DNA of 26,434 nt from a virus (taxonomy: Duplodnaviria; Caudoviricetes), in IMG/VR virus record IMGVR_UViG_3300025142_000183, positions 1 to 26,434 of that record; one strand, written 5' to 3'. Of this stretch, positions 23,723 through 26,434 are shown piece by piece (within the stretch, counting starts at the first letter, position 1; each line of letters begins with the position of its first letter). Both the position numbers and the translations under genes were made by a program. Below the pieces are notes generated by a model, which saw only the letters and a list, made by a program, of their open reading frames with translations, had not been told where the DNA came from and did no database searches.

Positions 23723-26200
23723 TCACTTGAAACGATCCACCACGTACCCGTGCCGACAATGGGGATGGTACGGTGGCAACGCGATTCCCTGCGCAAGCAG
23801 CTGTGATGTATCCATTGCATCGACCACTACAGGGTGAATACGCCCGGGGAGAAAAGGATTGAGGTTCGGAAGGTTTTCGGGGTCCTGGTCGAGCACGTCC
23901 CGCACATGCTGCACGACGGGACCGACTTTGAAAATCTTGCCCGTCATGCTTTGGCACCAAGGACAAGTCACGTTATCGAGAGGTCCCGTGATTTCGATCG
24001 ACGCAGCCTTGGCTTCTTCAACCAGAAAAATGTTGCCCCAGTTACGTGAACGGTTCGTCGATGTTTCTACGACTCGCAGGATCTTGTAATCCTCCTGGGC
24101 GACGCGCTCTCCGAAACGACTACGAAATTTTGTCAGCTCGCCTGAGTCACGAAGGTTGCGGCCCGATGTCAGATATTCGTCCACCAGCCAATTTTTCAGG
24201 TCCTTTTTCGTTTGCGGGTTGGTGAGATAGCGACCGAAATAAAAGTCATCCGAGCTTTTGAGAAAGTTAATCGCCTTTTTGTCGATGAGATTGAACGACG
24301 GCTTAATCGGCAGATCGCCGCCGAAGGGCTCCACATCTTCCAAGCGGAAGTAGGAGTAGATCAATTTGATATTTTTGGAGGTCTTTTTATCGAGAACGGA
24401 GTTTTCCAAAGATTGGGCAAAAAACAGACCCATGGTTTCCAATACCCCATTGGCGAACAGGTCGCTGTCGCCGGTCTCAAAATCGAAGTCCTCCAGGAAG
24501 GCTTTGACCTGCTTCAACGATTTGTTGCGGGAACCTCTCAAAACGGGATAAACCGCCGCGAAATATTCCCTCTGAAAACGATCGACCTGCTCTTGGGCGG
24601 GGTTGAGCTCGAAAGATTCCTGCCGAGGACAACACGATGGGAAATGTATGTTCAATTCCTCAAGACAACGACGGTATTCCGATTCGACATTAATCTGTTC
24701 GTGTTCCGATAATCGCTGATGCATGACCTCGATAGGACGAGGCTCCTGGGCACGGTAGAAACCGGAGGCTTTGTCGTAAGCCATCCGAAAGGGATCCTTT
24801 GATTGTTCTGATGTGGCCGGATCTGCAGGGACAAATATCAAAGGGCTGCGCGGCCCTAACTCGGCCGGTCGGTCGTATCCGGCTTCCTGGGCGAACTGAT
24901 TCTGATCAATGATCCCCTGATCATAGAGGCTTTTCAGATTGGCCAGTTTGGTCGCGTAGGTAGTTTCGTCCCGCTCGGCCGACAGAGATTTGGAAGGTTC
25001 AAATTCAATCCAGAGATTTTTGTAATCGATACCCAGCAGCGTGAGATGCAATTTGTAACCGTATTCCAGCACGCAGCGAACGGTCCGCTGGTAATTCGTG
25101 ATGATGGAGAGCATTTTCTCGTACACGACACCGGCGTAGGTCTCGGTCGTCGAATAGGTTCTGCCATGCAATGCCGGATCCGCCTTGAGTCCTGAAAATA
25201 CCTGCTGCTCATTCATCTCGAAGAGATCCTTGGCACCGGCGGCATCTCCCGTAATGGAGTGATGTTCCACCGTGAAGGAGTCCATGAAACCGACCGCGAT
25301 GCCGTCCCGGTAATTGTGCTTGAGGCGCTGGGCCTGCTCGTCCAGAAATTGCTGACAACGAGCGATGTACTCCTCGGTCTTTTCACCGGGGGATTGTTTG
25401 GGAGCGCGGACCAGAAAATTCACGAAACCAAGAAGCCCCATTTTTTTGGCGATGAAGCGGAGGTTTTTTACAATGTCCCGTTGGATCACGATCGACTCAA
25501 GGGCGGCCAGGATCGGGGGCACAGCGTAGGGGGAATTATCCAGCATCTGCATCGCGCAATACTGGTACGTCGCGGTGTTGAGAGTGATGAGGCCCTGGTC
25601 GCCCTGGGTCAGATCACAGGTTTTCTGATGGGGGCTATATTCGCCGGAATCGGGATCATAAAGAAAGCGGATCTCTTTGAGCGGGACGAACACCACTTTG
25701 TCGATGCCCGTCAGATTCTCGTTCATGACCCATTCGACGCTGATGGCTCCGCCGCGGCCGATCTGGGCGAGTGCCGAATTCACGAAGCCGTCGATCCCAC
25801 CGAACCGTCCGAAGACCGTCATGTTGAAACGGTTCAGCTCGTCCATGGCGGCCTGCTGGACTTGCTCCCGATCGGTTTCGACCATCACCGTGTGACCGGT
25901 GTTGCCGAGTTGGACGATGTTGTCGATCATCTGGGCCACGTCGGGATTCACGAGGCTTAAATTCTGCATCGCTTCGAGATATTCCAGGGGATAGGCCGCA
26001 CCGACGGAACGCATTTCGCTGATAAGATCCCGCAGGAGATCGCCGAAGCCGACGGTATCGACCGATACCCGTCCGACAGGGAGAGCTTTGGGATCAATTT
26101 CTTCGGGGGAGACGGTAGCCAACCCTTCGACCGATCTCTTGCGGGGAAAGTATACTTTGCCGTTCACGACCATGCGTTCCTTGACGAATGTTTGGTTCAT
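23723..26200 (-). CDS. portal protein fused to SPP1 gp7/Mu gpF-like head morphogenesis domain
   Basis: 825 aa. N-terminal portal-like part ('SPYAVPPILAAL', 'SLYDQGIIDQNQFAQEAGY'); C-terminal 'RVVETSTNRSRN...VTCPWCQSMTGK...PPYHPHCR'. Confidence 0.85.
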   Translation of the reverse strand: MNQTFVKERMVVNGKVYFPRKRSVEGLATVSPEEIDPKALPVGRVSVDTVGFGDLLRDLISEMRSVGAAYPLEYLEAMQNLSLVNPDVAQMIDNIVQLGNTGHTVMVETDREQVQQAAMDELNRFNMTVFGRFGGIDGFVNSALAQIGRGGAISVEWVMNENLTGIDKVVFVPLKEIRFLYDPDSGEYSPHQKTCDLTQGDQGLITLNTATYQYCAMQMLDNSPYAVPPILAALESIVIQRDIVKNLRFIAKKMGLLGFVNFLVRAPKQSPGEKTEEYIARCQQFLDEQAQRLKHNYRDGIAVGFMDSFTVEHHSITGDAAGAKDLFEMNEQQVFSGLKADPALHGRTYSTTETYAGVVYEKMLSIITNYQRTVRCVLEYGYKLHLTLLGIDYKNLWIEFEPSKSLSAERDETTYATKLANLKSLYDQGIIDQNQFAQEAGYDRPAELGPRSPLIFVPADPATSEQSKDPFRMAYDKASGFYRAQEPRPIEVMHQRLSEHEQINVESEYRRCLEELNIHFPSCCPRQESFELNPAQEQVDRFQREYFAAVYPVLRGSRNKSLKQVKAFLEDFDFETGDSDLFANGVLETMGLFFAQSLENSVLDKKTSKNIKLIYSYFRLEDVEPFGGDLPIKPSFNLIDKKAINFLKSSDDFYFGRYLTNPQTKKDLKNWLVDEYLTSGRNLRDSGELTKFRSRFGERVAQEDYKILRVVETSTNRSRNWGNIFLVEEAKAASIEITGPLDNVTCPWCQSMTGKIFKVGPVVQHVRDVLDQDPENLPNLNPFLPGRIHPVVVDAMDTSQLLAQGIALPPYHPHCRHGYVVDRFK

Positions 26201-26336
26201 GCGGGTGATTACGTGAAAGGCGGGAATTTCAGCTTTTTCGGATCCGAAAACGAAACTTTTCAGACGAGGCCAAAATTGCGGCCTGATGACGGCCGGTTAC
26301 CGGCCCTGAATTCGGCAGGCGGCAACCCTTATCGAG

Positions 26337-26365
26337 TTGCTATGTTTTGCGTAAGCCGGTGTACT
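26337..26365 (+). promoter_or_regulatory. candidate sigma70 promoter for the divergent gene (leaderless)
   Basis: TTGCTA (26337-26342) -17 nt- TGTACT (26360-26365), then 6 nt to ATG 26372; no SD. Confidence 0.4.
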
Positions 26366-26371
26366 GGGTCC

Positions 26372-26434
26372 ATGAAAACAACAATCAAAAAAGTGGAAAA
26401 GATCGAATACGACGCCGATGAATTCGGCCACATC
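26372..26434 (+). CDS. 5' fragment of a divergently transcribed gene
   Basis: ATG AAA ACA ACA ATC... = MKTTIKKVEKIEYDADEFGHI, open to the window edge. Confidence 0.5.
   Translation, partial: MKTTIKKVEKIEYDADEFGHI

Noticed and set aside
1-26434. tRNA, rRNA, CRISPR array, IS element, att site or intrinsic terminator
   Set aside because: None recognised by eye; intergenic gaps are mostly under 30 nt and no GC hairpin followed by a U-tract was found.

Overview
The window is almost entirely one minus-strand, tightly packed morphogenesis operon of a contractile-tailed (myo-type) phage or phage-derived particle, read from 26200 down to about 2361. Gene order: portal fused to an SPP1 gp7/Mu gpF-type head-morphogenesis domain, prohead protease with a probable nested scaffold, decoration protein, major capsid protein, neck and tail-completion genes, sheath, tube, a frameshifted tail chaperone, tape measure, an eCIS/P2-like hub-spike-wedge baseplate, a His-rich tail fibre and a small lysis cassette (M15A peptidase between two small membrane proteins). 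An AT-rich spacer follows, then a second minus-strand unit (2251 to 1) ending in an HU/IHF-like protein, a sigma70/ECF-like factor and a Mor/C-family activator. No terminase, integrase, replication gene, tRNA or CRISPR array is visible, and the gene upstream of the portal is divergent. Main points of interest: (1) one ~95-aa sheath-type module appears in the decoration protein, twice in the sheath and in baseplate J; (2) a T4 gp26-like Zn-finger chaperone is joined to a gp51-like segment by a T-TTT-TTG -1 frameshift; (3) a hairpin buries the protease start codon inside an overlapping ORF; (4) the element has its own sigma+Mor+HU module. All product calls come from motif recognition and gene order by eye; no database searches were run.
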